Shown one piece after another: positions 48,358-61,059 of a stretch of 64,000 nucleotides of DNA (position 1 is the stretch's first letter; each line of letters begins with the position of its first letter). Below the pieces are notes generated by a model. The model had not been told where the DNA came from. It worked only from the letters and a program-made list of their open reading frames with translations, and did no database searches. A program made the position numbers and the translations under genes. This DNA comes from Albugo candida. Lineage: Eukaryota. The stretch spans positions 434,001 through 498,000 of the forward strand of contig JBDOQK010000002.1 of assembly GCA_040437565.1 (NCBI GenBank). The letters run 5' to 3'.

Positions 48358-49272
48358 CACTTTGAAGTTGGGTACTGCTCCCCGATGGCCTTTTCCAGCT
48401 TTGACTAGCATTCAGACAGATTAGAATTTGCAGTTTTGGTAACTAATTACCCACTAGGTCGCATGCTCGTCCGCGAAGCTCCACGCCTAAAGCACATATC
48501 TATACAAATATGTGGTTCAGTGATAGGTCAGAACTTTTTTTATTCTCACCAAATCCGCAAGATGAAGCTCGACCTTCTCTGACTGCTTTGTTTGAGGGAT
48601 TCGAGCAGTGCCTGCTGAATTCATTTGGGCTTTTTTCTTGTGGTCCTTGACAATTTCTGCTGCCGTGCAAATTCGCTGCTTGACCAGTTTCATAATAACA
48701 TGAGCATTTTGAGTCTGTACATACGAGTTCCTGTGTATGAAGTCAAAGACTTTATCAGTTGGCTGTTGTGGAGGATCCACGTACTCTACAAATCCTCGAA
48801 CTCTTAACATCTTTTCTTTCTCTTCACTATCTCTGCTCACTTGACCGCTTTCTTGCTCCAATGTATCTTCATGGGGCGCAGTGAACATCTGCTTGGCTTC
48901 TAAAGTATCTGAATTCCTTGTAGTGAATGTCAGAGCACCAATGTAAAGATCTCCAAAGCACTCCCAACATTTCATTTCCCAAAGTGCGCACAGAATGAAG
49001 GTCACTCTCGAGAGTCTTCTTTTTTGTATTCTGCAGGTGACCAACATTCTCATGATAATGCATCCAGTGGAGGAATTCAAAATGCGCCTGGAAAATTCCC
49101 GCGCAGAGTTTTTGTATCGGAACATCCTGTTTATATGCGCGTGGTCGGAGCTTTATTAGGTTAGAGCGTCCACACGGCCGCTGACCTTGACGATTTTATA
49201 CGAAACAAACAGTCTTTCGATCTCTTTGAAGTTATGCTCTTTACTGGTCTGATCTTGCGGGTTATGTCTCAT
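48358..49272 (-). CDS. Multi-exon hypothetical protein
   Basis: ATG at 49272 (MRHNPQDQ...), GT-AG introns and protein-like exon frames in 48517-49125. The 3' exon structure is uncertain. Confidence 0.45.
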
Positions 49273-49559
49273 TTTGTGAAGGATTCTATGCTCTGGATAT
49301 AATATATTAAGGATTTTGCAGTAAGCGACTCCATCCGCGAGTTCTTCAAGCTATTTAGGAATAAGAATCTTTCCATTATATTATTCAACGACTTACTTTG
49401 ATGTAATCGGAATCTATCTTTCGATTGAGCCACATTAGCAGCTCCAATCTTCCGATTCCTCGCGCCTTCAACTTGCGGATGCTCATTGTCTTTTGCACAA
49501 GTACATCCGTTAGGTACACGGCTTCTCAATAAGTACGCTTGTTCATTTGCGCGCGCAAA

Positions 49560-51157
49560 ATGAGCTTTCCATTGACGCAAGAGGGATGGCTCCATTTGAG
49601 AGACGAGATGGACTGTTTTTTGCTAGATTGTGATGGAGGTACCTTCCTTGGCATAATTCTAACTGCGTGTTAAGTGTACAGTTTTGCTCAGTATTATGGA
49701 GAGGAGATGAAGCTATTCCTGGTGCAAGTGAAGCTGTCCGAACGCTACAAAACCTCAAAAAAAAAGTTGTTTTTGTGGTACTGTTCGCTTTTTTCTTTTA
49801 TTAGAAATCGTCCAATTTTGTACGCGTCAGACGAATAATTCAACCAAAAACCGTCAATCAATTTTGAAGAAACTCGGTGCGACTGTGTCGCTCTTCAATT
49901 CAATCTTTGCCCTCAAGTAATTGTCAATAGAAGCGAATGGGATAAAAGCTGTCAAGGAAGACATTATCAGGTATTTGATTGACTAAGAGCGCTGTGACGA
50001 AGATGGAGTTCCTATCAACTTAACATAGTTCATCCTTCGCAACGGCGTACNNNNNNNNNNNNNNNNNNNNNNNNNNNNNNNNNNNNNNNNNNNNNNNNNN
50101 NNNNNNNNNNNNNNNNNNNNNNNNNNNNNNNNNNNNNNNNNNNNNNNNNNTGTACGCGTCAGACGAATAATTCAACCAAAAACCGTCAATCAATTTTGAA
50201 GAAACTCGGTGCGACTGTGTCGCTCTTCAATTCAATCTTTGCCCTCAAGTAATTGTCAATAGAAGCGAATGGGATAAAAGCTGTCAAGGAAGACATTATC
50301 AGGTATTTGATTGACTAAGAGCGCTGTGACGAAGATGGAGTTCCTATCAACTTAACATAGTTCATCCTTCGCAACGGCGTACCATTTGGAAAAAATTGTC
50401 AAGTTGTCAGGAAAGGTTTACGTCGTTGGGGAGTCAGGTCTGGTAGAAGACCTCGAGAATGCAGGATTTGAATGTTTGGGAATGAAGGATGGGCTCAAGC
50501 ATGAGTTTCCAAAGCCATTTAGTGTCGATACCGATATTAAAGCTGTGGTTGTTGGTCTCGATCGGTGCGTTTACCATCGTTATCGTCGAGTAATTTACAA
50601 TCAATTTCCTAGAAACATCTCTTATTACAAGTTGGCTTACGCAGCCAGTTGCGTTCGAACCATCCCAAATTGCCTCTTTATTGCAACGAATCTGTACGAG
50701 TCCTTCCTCGCATTCTAACTTATCTAATGTCTTGGTAGAGATCCAACCTATCCCGTTGATGACGCGTTCCTCCCGGGTGGAGGATCAGTGGTCAAGTTCA
50801 TGGAAACAGCTGTCGGGCGGTACGTGCGGTAGCATTGATCTTCCGCGAAATGATGGAATGCATTAACATAGACCGCCGGATGCTGTAATTGGCAAACCAT
50901 CGCAGGACTTCCTGAAGAGGATTGTTGAATTATATTCGCTACAAACTGCTAAAACTTGTATGATTGGCGACCGTCTTTCCACTGATATCGAATTCGGACG
51001 ACTTGGAGGATTGCAGACTTTACTCGTGCTCTCTGGTGTCACAGCCAAATCGGAATTAGAATCAACTCTGCCGTCAGAACAAATACCTCAGTATTACGCG
51101 CCGTCCATTGCGATTATCAATGAGCTTGAGAATTACAAGAAACCTCGAACTTCTTAG
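49560..51157 (+). CDS. HAD-IIA phosphatase (phosphoglycolate / 4-nitrophenyl phosphatase-like), many short introns
   Basis: Motif I FLLDCDG|VLWRG, then TNNSTK, FIATN, IGKPS and MIGDRLSTDIEFG. 49819-50050 is duplicated after the gap. Confidence 0.92.
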
Positions 51158-51263
51158 TATGCTACTCACGACTCCATTAACAAATGAACGAAATTGTCAG
51201 CTAAAAACAAATGTTTTTTTTCGTATCAACAGTATTGCTACAAAGACTTCTTACACTATCGAT

Positions 51264-52679
51264 TCACTCTCTCCTGGACAAAGAGGTCGCTTTTAATCGC
51301 GGAATGACCGGTTTTGAAGTGTTCATGAACGCATCGAAAAATGAGAATTTTGGAGCAGAAGCGTTGGTGTCGCTTGAACGAAATGTGATGCGTTGCGCCA
51401 TGACTGATGAGATGGAACTTCGACCAGGTGTTATCGCCACCTTGGGAGGTCGACTGAGCGGAACAGGTTGTTTTCGTGTTCGACCAAGAAGTCCAGAATT
51501 GAATCGACTGATTGCGCTGCGTTCTACCTCGTCTATGGAGTACTTCTCCTCATTTGGTTTGAAAATCGGCGACGAATTCGCATCAATTTGCTTCCTGCCC
51601 GGAAGAGTTTTTTTGCGTGTTTTGGCGGTCACTGGCTTCTCTTTTTTCGGTCTCGATTTATTGACTTTCCTGCTCTTCTTCTCAATTTGAAAATCTGAAG
51701 AGCAATCGGTCTCTTGACTTTGCTCGGATGCCGGCATTTTAGAATGAGTTTTTGACAATCTTTTTCTTCGTTGTTTATCAATCAACTGTGGGGGCTTTGG
51801 TTTTTCAAAATCCTCTGAAGCGCTGTTGTGTGATACTCCATTCAGTTCCCTTACATCCATTTCATTGCCCAAATGCGCTCTAAGTTGCTCACTTTTATCG
51901 CCCACTTCGCAAGCTGTGCGATCGCCAACCATCTCTTTGAACAAAGCATGAAATTCTCTCCTTTTTGCTGCTGAAGATGCACATCTTTTGCTAATTTTTT
52001 TCTTCATCGGAGTCTGATACATATTGACAATTTTATCTTTGAGCAGCTGCTCAGACTTGTCTTTTTCGAATTTGTGAGAAATCTTGCGTTTCTTCGGAAG
52101 AGGTCTAGATTCTGTGCGCTTACTTCTTTTACTATGCTTCTTCTCCACTTCACAATGATCATCGTCTGATTTATGTGAACGTTGGGGGATAGTATCGGGG
52201 GTCTTCAATGAAGGTACTGGAGGACTTGGCGGGTCTGGAGGTGAAAAGATCAAACTCGGATACGAATTGTCGTTTTCACTCTCACTGCTTTCTCTTGATA
52301 GAATCTGCAAAAGCTCCTCAGTGGTGGATGAATGGAATGGGATTTCATTGGCGACGATAGTCTCTTCTTTGCTGTCTTCCTCTCCCGAAGATGAAATTTG
52401 TGCGCGATCTATAGTCTTGGGTTTCTTCGAAGCTTTATGCTCTTCCTGGGAATCTCTTACGAAAAGATAGGATATCGATTTGGTTTTAGAAGATCCGTTT
52501 ATCTCTTTCTTTGGCCCCGAGATCGCATTCGATGAATCCAAAAGACGGCACTTTTGTGCCATTACGTTCAAAAGCGATCTTTGAATGGATTCTCGATACG
52601 CATCTTCATCTAGCTGACCCTCCAAGGTCAATTCAAGCTGAGAGATCTGGTTCCTTACACGATTTTGTCGTATTTCCAA
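51264..52679 (-). CDS. Hypothetical, largely disordered K/S-rich protein with an N-terminal coiled coil (start uncertain)
   Basis: Open frame of 471 codons. The 5' part is duplicated at 52892-53132 by the gap overlap. Confidence 0.6.
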   Translation of the reverse strand: MEIRQNRVRNQISQLELTLEGQLDEDAYRESIQRSLLNVMAQKCRLLDSSNAISGPKKEINGSSKTKSISYLFVRDSQEEHKASKKPKTIDRAQISSSGEEDSKEETIVANEIPFHSSTTEELLQILSRESSESENDNSYPSLIFSPPDPPSPPVPSLKTPDTIPQRSHKSDDDHCEVEKKHSKRSKRTESRPLPKKRKISHKFEKDKSEQLLKDKIVNMYQTPMKKKISKRCASSAAKRREFHALFKEMVGDRTACEVGDKSEQLRAHLGNEMDVRELNGVSHNSASEDFEKPKPPQLIDKQRRKRLSKTHSKMPASEQSQETDCSSDFQIEKKSRKVNKSRPKKEKPVTAKTRKKTLPGRKQIDANSSPIFKPNEEKYSIDEVERSAISRFNSGLLGRTRKQPVPLSRPPKVAITPGRSSISSVMAQRITFRSSDTNASAPKFSFFDAFMNTSKPVIPRLKATSLSRRE

Positions 52680-53598
52680 ATGCTTCCACTATATATATAG
52701 CTTTAGATGTCGAGCCCAATGCCTGTTTATTGATTTTTAAACATACCTGAGACTCGAAAGAGCGAAATAAGAACAGCTCGGGCGCTACAGTNNNNNNNNN
52801 NNNNNNNNNNNNNNNNNNNNNNNNNNNNNNNNNNNNNNNNNNNNNNNNNNNNNNNNNNNNNNNNNNNNNNNNNNNNNNNNNNNNNNNNNNNCTTTTGTGC
52901 CATTACGTTCAAAAGCGATCTTTGAATGGATTCTCGATACGCATCTTCATCTAGCTGACCCTCCAAGGTCAATTCAAGCTGAGAGATCTGGTTCCTTACA
53001 CGATTTTGTCGTATTTCCAAATGCTTCCACTATATATATAGCTTTAGATGTCGAGCCCAATGCCTGTTTATTGATTTTTAAACATACCTGAGACTCGAAA
53101 GAGCGAAATAAGAACAGCTCGGGCGCTACAGTTGTCATACGGGACCCTTGTCACCAGATAGACCACTCGAAAGTTTGACTTTAATCACGTAAAAAAGCAC
53201 AAGAATTGACAGCAATATCGCCTCAAAAAGTGCTCCTACGTCGTACCTACCAGACATCATTAAGTACCAGGCAGATATAACGGTCACAGTGTTAAGTTCA
53301 TTCATTTGCGATTTTGTCAGAGAACAGAATTCGAATCATTCACATGAGAAGCTTTTATCTGTGATGATCACACTTAATTGTTCTTCTTAGCGACATGGCG
53401 ACGAGCGNNNNNNNNNNNNNNNNNNNNNNNNNNNNNNNNNNNNNNNNNNNNNNNNNNNNNNNNNNNNNNNNNNNNNNNNNNNNNNNNNNNNNNNNNNNNN
53501 NNNNNNNGTCACAGTGTTAAGTTCATTCATTTGCGATTTTGTCAGAGAACAGAATTCGAATCATTCACATGAGAAGCTTTTATCTGTGATGATCACAC

Positions 53599-54825
53599 TT
53601 AATTGTTCTTCTTAGCGACATGGCGACGAGCGCTGTTGTTCTGTGCGGCGCGTTTAATCGTTCGTAATTGCTTTCGCTTTGACCGATGGCGTCTTTTCCC
53701 ACAGCGCCCGCAGCACACACAGCACAAGCACAGATTACCCAATGAGCAGAGACACCACCACATACAACGAAGCAAAAATCGCAAGAAAAATATCGTGGAC
53801 GGGATAAGCAGTAGTGCCAGGGCTCCATCCACAATCAAACGCGCATGTGGAGCAATGTGTTTGTGTTGCAGTAAACTCTTGATCGTGCGCACGCGAAACA
53901 ACTTGAATTCTTCGAATGCACGTACGAGGGTTTCTTCTACTTCAAGTCGCGCTTTGGCGGAAAATGTTTGAACTCGAGGAGCTAAATTCTTATAATGAGG
54001 CTGGACAAATCGGTATATCTTGCTCGCGATGGGATCCATTGTGGCGGCGAGATGGTTTGCATAAAATGCTCGACTGGATTTCGCGATACTCAACTGCATC
54101 GTCCTGAGGTGTTGCGAGAAGGCTGACATGAAATTGTCATCTGATTGAACCCAAACTTGAATTTTTTTGGCAAGCCATTCAGCTGCATCCATTCCCTGAT
54201 CATAGTAAGCCGACAGTAAGGCTGCCAGCGTCAGTTTGTCACTTTGATGATCTAGCTCGTACTTGAGTGCTTCATTTCTTTTCAGTGACATTTTGATATC
54301 GCGTTCAAGTCGTCGGATCATATTCTCTTCGATTTTTAGTCGTTTTTGGCTCTCACTTAACTTTGTACCACACTGATTTATCTTTTCTTGCTTGACTACA
54401 AGTTGCTTTCCCAGCTTTTCCACTTTCCCATTAAGAACTTTGACGTTATCTTCCGCTTCGGAAACAGTTTGTTTTTGGTTGTCGTAATCTACTTCACATT
54501 GTGAGATTTGATTCTTCGCCATGTCCAATTGCTGTCTCAATTTCACGTGTTCTTTTTCTTGTTCACTGATCTGTTGTTCAAAATCACGACTTTTAAGATC
54601 ATTGTCTGACAGAGAGTCTTCCAAAGCTTTGTTACAAGCTTCATTGGCTTCTTGTATGCTTCTCAAGTCGTCCCGCATTTTCTGCAACTCCGTCATCACT
54701 TTCTCATTGTTCGCATGCGTAACACTGGAAGTTGTATCCTCCTCAGATGGGCGCACCTTCTCTGCAACTGCCACATTATACAGTATGACGGTGAAAAGCG
54801 TCCACTTCCACAGCACTTTTAGCAT
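53599..54825 (-). CDS. Type I membrane coiled-coil protein with signal peptide, transmembrane helix and Cys-rich juxtamembrane cluster
   Basis: Signal MLKVLWKWTLFTVILYNVAVA. Long heptad region. TM ALALLLIPSTIFFL followed by CMWWCLCSLGNLCLCCVCCGRCG and a basic tail. Confidence 0.75.
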   Translation of the reverse strand: MLKVLWKWTLFTVILYNVAVAEKVRPSEEDTTSSVTHANNEKVMTELQKMRDDLRSIQEANEACNKALEDSLSDNDLKSRDFEQQISEQEKEHVKLRQQLDMAKNQISQCEVDYDNQKQTVSEAEDNVKVLNGKVEKLGKQLVVKQEKINQCGTKLSESQKRLKIEENMIRRLERDIKMSLKRNEALKYELDHQSDKLTLAALLSAYYDQGMDAAEWLAKKIQVWVQSDDNFMSAFSQHLRTMQLSIAKSSRAFYANHLAATMDPIASKIYRFVQPHYKNLAPRVQTFSAKARLEVEETLVRAFEEFKLFRVRTIKSLLQHKHIAPHARLIVDGALALLLIPSTIFFLRFLLRCMWWCLCSLGNLCLCCVCCGRCGKRRHRSKRKQLRTIKRAAQNNSARRHVAKKNN

Positions 54826-55050
54826 TCGTATTCTTTGATAAAAGAGATGAGAGATTCTGAGCCAGACACAGCTCCTTTTGAAATTGATACTCTTCAGCAA
54901 CGTATACTATATTTCTATTATTATGAAGAGGTCAGAGCGCAGGAACTGCGGAATCGTTCGGTGAAATGTCAAGTTCAATTTGTGTGCTTTCTATTGCGCT
55001 TTTGTCAGAGCTACAAAGAGATTGCGTAAGAAAAAAAAAAGTAACCACAC

Positions 55051-57131
55051 TTATCTGAATACGTACCTTGTGACAGAAACCAGCGGCTGATGAAGTGCCG
55101 CTAAAGATTCGAGAAACGTTTTTGGCTTGAGAAAACAAGTGGATCCAAAAAGTATGTCCCGTTTCTCTGCATCTCGGACTTCATACACGCTGCGAATCTT
55201 TTGAGAAAATATTAAAGTCACAACACAGAGAAAAGGCATAACAAGTGAGCGCACCTCAGAATACGAAGCTCCACCCAGTAAAAACACAATTAGCTTTTCT
55301 CCACCGAACACGCAGGTCTTCTCGTCCTACGCAACCATTCAATAAACGGACTGGACGAGAATATTCACTTCACCTTCATGCCGTCTTTATGATTTTTTGT
55401 TTTTCTACACTCCACAGAATTGAGTTGATTTTCACCAAAGTGCACAAATTCGACTTACTTGCGCAATGAAATAGGTGCAAGCTTCTTCTTGACAGAGTTA
55501 TCGCTCGTACTCGCCCCATTGAATTTGACAGGAGGTGTGATTATGTAAGGGAACTCTTGTTCGTCAAGATTGTTCTGCAAGCATTTCTGCATCCAGCTCT
55601 TCAATTTGGGAGCATACCGCGCGTTGGAATATTCGGATGTCTCCGCCAGCTTCGAAGCCTGCTTCAATTCATCGCCTCCGATATTACAAGAGCTGTTCTG
55701 TCTGTATAAAAGATTTTCTGGAGCAAGATGATGTAAATTCGTGAGGGCCTGATTATACTTGATCGAAACATTAGCAGCTTGGACGATTCTTCGTTTATCA
55801 GCATCTTTCAAAGCTTCGTCTTGAGATAAAAGAAATATGGCCAATATACGAGCGCGATCAGAGTCAGTAAGTTTAGGACAATTGAAGGCTTCTTCAAGTT
55901 GTTTGATTAGAACGCTAAGTTTGAGCTTCTTGCCCGATTCGTCAACTCCAGTAGCCATACTTTGCTCAATGTTGGAGGCTTGGAGAAGGTTAGTTCCTGT
56001 GAACAATTCCATCGATTTTCCAGCCAAGTATAAATGCTGCGATAGCTTGCCCAACATCTCGCGATATTCTGGTAATTCGCGTAAAGCTTCAGCCATACTG
56101 CTAATGTCTGTCTCAGTTCCCTTCTTCAGAGAAGATCCAGCGGCAGAAGTGGAAAGCGACGCCATTCGTTTGCCAATTGCATCACTCACTTGGGCAATAT
56201 GAGTGTGCCTGAATTCCGTCCACAGCTTATCATTCTCATTCAAAAGCGCGGTTTTCATGGTAATACCAGCATTTGTATCGACGGGATACGTGATCTGGTC
56301 TTCCTCAACGTCCAATAGATCCATTACCATAGCTTGAAAGGTACTTTCATGCACAAATGGCGTGAGAAGATCTTGACCACGATCGAGAAATAATATCGTC
56401 CCACGATCCGGAGCATATGTGAAGGTCTGATTATTCGCAACAAAAGCATTCATTTTCGTCTGAAATGTCTGCGCCAACTGCTCCATCCTTGCATGATTGC
56501 TCTTGTATCGAACGTAGGGGTATTCTTCCAGAGTTGCACAAACCGACACTAAATGATCACTGATATCTTCCATCAATTTTGCGTTTTCAAGTGTCCATGA
56601 AGTTGATGTGTGGTTGAGAGAATACATCGAGTGGAAGGAAAGTGGTTGGTCAACTGAGAATACGCATTTTTCTTTGGCGATAAAGTCAACATTCAACTCT
56701 TTCAGCTCTCTCAAGCGTACAACTACGTTTGGCAGAGTTTCCAACTTGTGCATAATCAATTCGGATGCGTGTGAAAGAAAGTAGAGGTACACTGAAGCGT
56801 ATCTTGGTTTATCAGCGACACCAAAATCCTGTGCGACATGTTCCAAGGCCTCTAGAGTTGGAGAAATAATGTAAATGACGTTTAATTCCGGAAAAGGCTG
56901 ACGATTTAATTCAAGACGCTCGAGAATGGAAACACCACAATCCGTCAAATCGCTCATGCGTGCGACGCAAGAAAGAATTCTTGCGGCTTCGTCATTCACA
57001 ACAAGAACGACCCAACCATGACTGAGCTTCGATACCGGTCGAATCACGTCATCCAAAAATGTATGTCGAACGATTTGCACCAGATCGATATCGTGTGCCT
57101 TTGCGACGCAAATTGTTTTATGTTCCGTCAT
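55051..57131 (-). CDS. SEC1: Sec1/Munc18 (SM) family vesicle-fusion protein (multi-exon at the 3' end)
   Basis: Motifs RQPFPELNVIYIISPT, VCATLEEYPYVRY, LDRGQDLLTPFVHESTFQAMVMDLL, LWTEFRHTHIA, ARYAPKLK and LIVFLLGGASYSEVRS. Confidence 0.93.
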
Positions 57132-57221
57132 GCGTCCTTTAAAGATCGCTTTGTATAGAAATCCATTTAGACTCTTCTGTAATAAAAAAGCTTTATACGA
57201 CTACTTGACGAATAATGCCGC

Positions 57222-57230
57222 TTTCCCGCC
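57222..57230 (+). promoter_or_regulatory. E2F-type binding site TTTCCCGCC
   Basis: Exact TTTSSCGC consensus 18 bp upstream of the primase ATG, in a 117-bp divergent intergenic region. Confidence 0.6.
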
Positions 57231-57248
57231 ATTTTGGGCATTAGTACG

Positions 57249-58986
57249 ATGCTAAATGTCGGAAATCGCCGTCAAGAGCACTCGGAGAACTCGGGCAGAC
57301 TACATGGGCTCACTTGCATGCTTTCAATGTATGAGTCTCCACCTTCTGTGGAAGTAACGCTGGAAGAGTTTGAGCAATTTGCCATTAATCGATTGCATGG
57401 TACCTTGCATTTTGTATCGCAATGACATCTGCAAATAACAATTTCTATTGACAGCACTCAAAGCGGTCGAAAATTTTCGGCTTGGAAGCATAAATGTGAA
57501 AGAAAAGGAACAACGACTCGAAAAAGTGCTGCTAAAATACTTGCCACTTCGCAATTCTAGTCCCGGCGATTTGGAGCGAGCTCAAGAAGATATGGTACAG
57601 ATGTCGTTCTCGTGTTATTGTGATCTAATGCAATGATAAAAGCTTGCTGATGTACTCTCACACTACTTTCTTCGAATCGCTTTTTGCCAAACGGAAGAAT
57701 TACGTCGCTGGTTTATACAACAAGAAAGTGTATTATTCAGGTAATCCATTCAAGTGCATCACAGAGTGATTCTTACACTTTTCGATTCCAGATATCGTTT
57801 GGATAATATGATTCGTGCCGAGAAGCTTCTTTTTATGAAAAAGAACGGAATCATTTTCGATGAGGTATTACTCTCTCGCCAAATAACTATTCGATACATT
57901 ATTTCTATGTAGGTTTCCGTGTCAGAGATTGAAATGATCAAAGAAAAACTAACAGCTGTTCGAAACTCTTTCACACTGGATCGTAAAGAACGACTTCGGC
58001 CGCTAGGATCTTACTTTAAAGTGCCATTCACTCAAGTTTTGGATTTGGTGAGTGTCAAATTTCGTTGTTGACTCAAACGCTCACAATTCTTACTCAGGTT
58101 GGAGCTAGAAAGGTTTATATCGAAAAAGGATCGGCCTACGTCCCTTTTGACCAGGTCGTCTCCATTCTCGCGACTCGATTCCGAGCAAGTGTAAGAGCCA
58201 TGATTTATAGATTTGATGTAAATTTTAGTAATTCTCAATGTATCACAGCTGTCCAAAGCACTAGCGCAAGCGTATCGAAAGTATACCCGGTCTATGATCA
58301 GCCGTGATGGTCGACTAATTCCTATTCTTAACAACTTGGCGAAGCACCACATTGATGCAGATTACACTATACAGTCATCCTCAGTATTCAGCAGTGGAGA
58401 GAAAGTGACACCAGAAGCGATTGACGCGCTTTCCAGGACTTCCATGCCTTTGTGTATGCGAAGTCTGCATAAAGCACTACTCACCGACCATCATCTTCGT
58501 TTTGCTGGTCGCCAGCAGTATGGACTATTTCTCAAAGGCACAGGCTTACAACTGGAAGATGCAATTGCATTTTGGCGTCAGCATTTTTGCAAACGGATGA
58601 CTGTGGACGAATTTAATAAGACTTATGCTTACAATATCCGTCACAACTACGGTAAAGAAGGAAAACGAAAAGATTACGTTCCATACAGCTGCATGAGCAT
58701 CATCACAGGCAATCCTCCAAAATCGGGTGAGCATCATGGCTGTCCATTTCGGCATTTTGAGAAGGATCGGTTGCGTAAAAGTTTGCAGGGTGTTAAGGAG
58801 CACGAAAAAGATGAGATCCTTAGACTGGTGCAAGGTCGGCATTTCCAGGTCGCTTGCAAGAGATACTTTGAGCTGCAGCATCCGGGATACAATGGAGACC
58901 TAGCGGTGAACCATCCAAACAAGTATTTCGAAGAAAGTCGGCGCTATTACATCGAGAAAACGACTTCTACGAACGTGACAGCATAG
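57249..58986 (+). CDS. PRIM2: DNA primase large subunit (multi-exon; 3' end repeated artefactually at 59105-59535)
   Basis: Motifs [29 protein letters not shown]...[46 protein letters not shown] and HPNKYF (Fe-S ligands). Confidence 0.95.
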
Positions 58987-61059
58987 ATACATTGGATAGG
59001 AATGNNNNNNNNNNNNNNNNNNNNNNNNNNNNNNNNNNNNNNNNNNNNNNNNNNNNNNNNNNNNNNNNNNNNNNNNNNNNNNNNNNNNNNNNNNNNNNNN
59101 NNNNAAGATGCAATTGCATTTTGGCGTCAGCATTTTTGCAAACGGATGACTGTGGACGAATTTAATAAGACTTATGCTTACAATATCCGTCACAACTACG
59201 GTAAAGAAGGAAAACGAAAAGATTACGTTCCATACAGCTGCATGAGCATCATCACAGGCAATCCTCCAAAATCGGGTGAGCATCATGGCTGTCCATTTCG
59301 GCATTTTGAGAAGGATCGGTTGCGTAAAAGTTTGCAGGGTGTTAAGGAGCACGAAAAAGATGAGATCCTTAGACTGGTGCAAGGTCGGCATTTCCAGGTC
59401 GCTTGCAAGAGATACTTTGAGCTGCAGCATCCGGGATACAATGGAGACCTAGCGGTGAACCATCCAAACAAGTATTTCGAAGAAAGTCGGCGCTATTACA
59501 TCGAGAAAACGACTTCTACGAACGTGACAGCATAGATACATTGGATAGGAATGTGATAAGTTTTAGGTTTGCATTCGCACTCGGGTTTCAAACGACTGTT
59601 AAAAATATCAGTTTACCTTCAAGTATTAGGGAGCAATGGAAATCTTCTAATTTTGACGTACGTCCTCAAGCGCTTTGTTATTGCGCTGAGTAGTCAAACT
59701 ATCAGACAAAGATGGGATGTAACGAGGGTCCAAGTAGAGACTTGATCCATTTGCAGGTGTTATGTCGCTTTTATATGAATGTTGCCGGAGATGGTATCGA
59801 AGAATCCAACTGATCAGATGAGTAAAACTTGGAATGATTGATGATACTTTTGGAGCGCAGGGAAATTAGCTGGACAAACTGGGGATCGAGCAGAGAACGG
59901 GCTGACCTATTCTAACGCCACTTAAATGAGGTGGGAGCATATTTACAACCGACTCAGCCGACAAAAGGAGTTCAGAGGAATGGAATGACATAAGCTTGTG
60001 TACAGGCAGGATGATGCGGACGAGTCAAACCGATCATATTCGAGACAGCGCGATATGTAGCTACCATTTTAGCCATTAGAGACAATTACACTGTTCCTAC
60101 TTGGAGCTCTGTTCACTCAATAGCAACTTCGTCTCGCAATGAACAAGTGAAGCTCGACTGGTAAACACAACATCAAATGTGCAAGTATTGCGACGGGAAA
60201 GTTATCTAGGGATGTCTCAGTGTCCCATCGTGGCAGAAATGACGATCGGATCAGTAAAATGTTTGACCGTAATTGCTCAAAGTCAAGAGACAAGGTTTAT
60301 TCATGGCTATAGATGCGACCGAAAGCACATGAAGTGAGCACTTCTCACTCTTGCCGATGGTTAGCGTAAAATCAGTGAAGTAGATGATACGCTCTCGGAC
60401 AGCGTGATAAAGCAGGCAAATATCGACTTTGATTAAGCTTTAATAGCCGCGACAATACTACGCGATTCGACGAAAGAAGTCAAGCCAAAAGATTGTATCG
60501 CCTCGCATATCTTATCAAATCGGCTAATATAGGACAAGCTACAAGAGCACTAAAAAACCTGGACACTATTTGAAATTGACGCAGGGCGGAAAATGCTCAA
60601 CCTGATTTAATGTAGACATATGGAGAGAGCTTGTCGTGTATAGAGCAGTTTGAACAAAAAAACGAATCGATTCGAGTGATTGGAGCAGCGGCTTCAAGCC
60701 TAAGATGCTGGAGTAGTAAAATATTTTAGACGTCGGATCCAGTAGGCATCTCGTAGTGGATGTTGAGATGCATGCTACAGGATCACAGCATCTCTACGAA
60801 TACACAGAATCAAGTATTCGCTCTATGGGAGCCCGCTTTTTTCCAGATTAGATGACAGCACACACCTCTTACAAAGATATGTTTTGGCATGATTGACATT
60901 ATTTCTTCTTCGTAATTTATTCATTACCATGATCGGATAAATCGTTTTACCGCCTATTAGCAATTCAATATTTATCTCCATAGCAAAACACATTTGCATC
61001 GCATCGTGCTGAGAAAAAAAAGAATCGTTGATCTCTCAAAAAAGGCGACCGCAGACGTC

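Noticed and set aside
43671-59553. Direct repeats at gaps 43935, 50051, 52792, 53408 and 59005, including a second primase C-terminus
   Set aside because: All are exact overlaps around 100-N scaffold gaps, not biological repeats.
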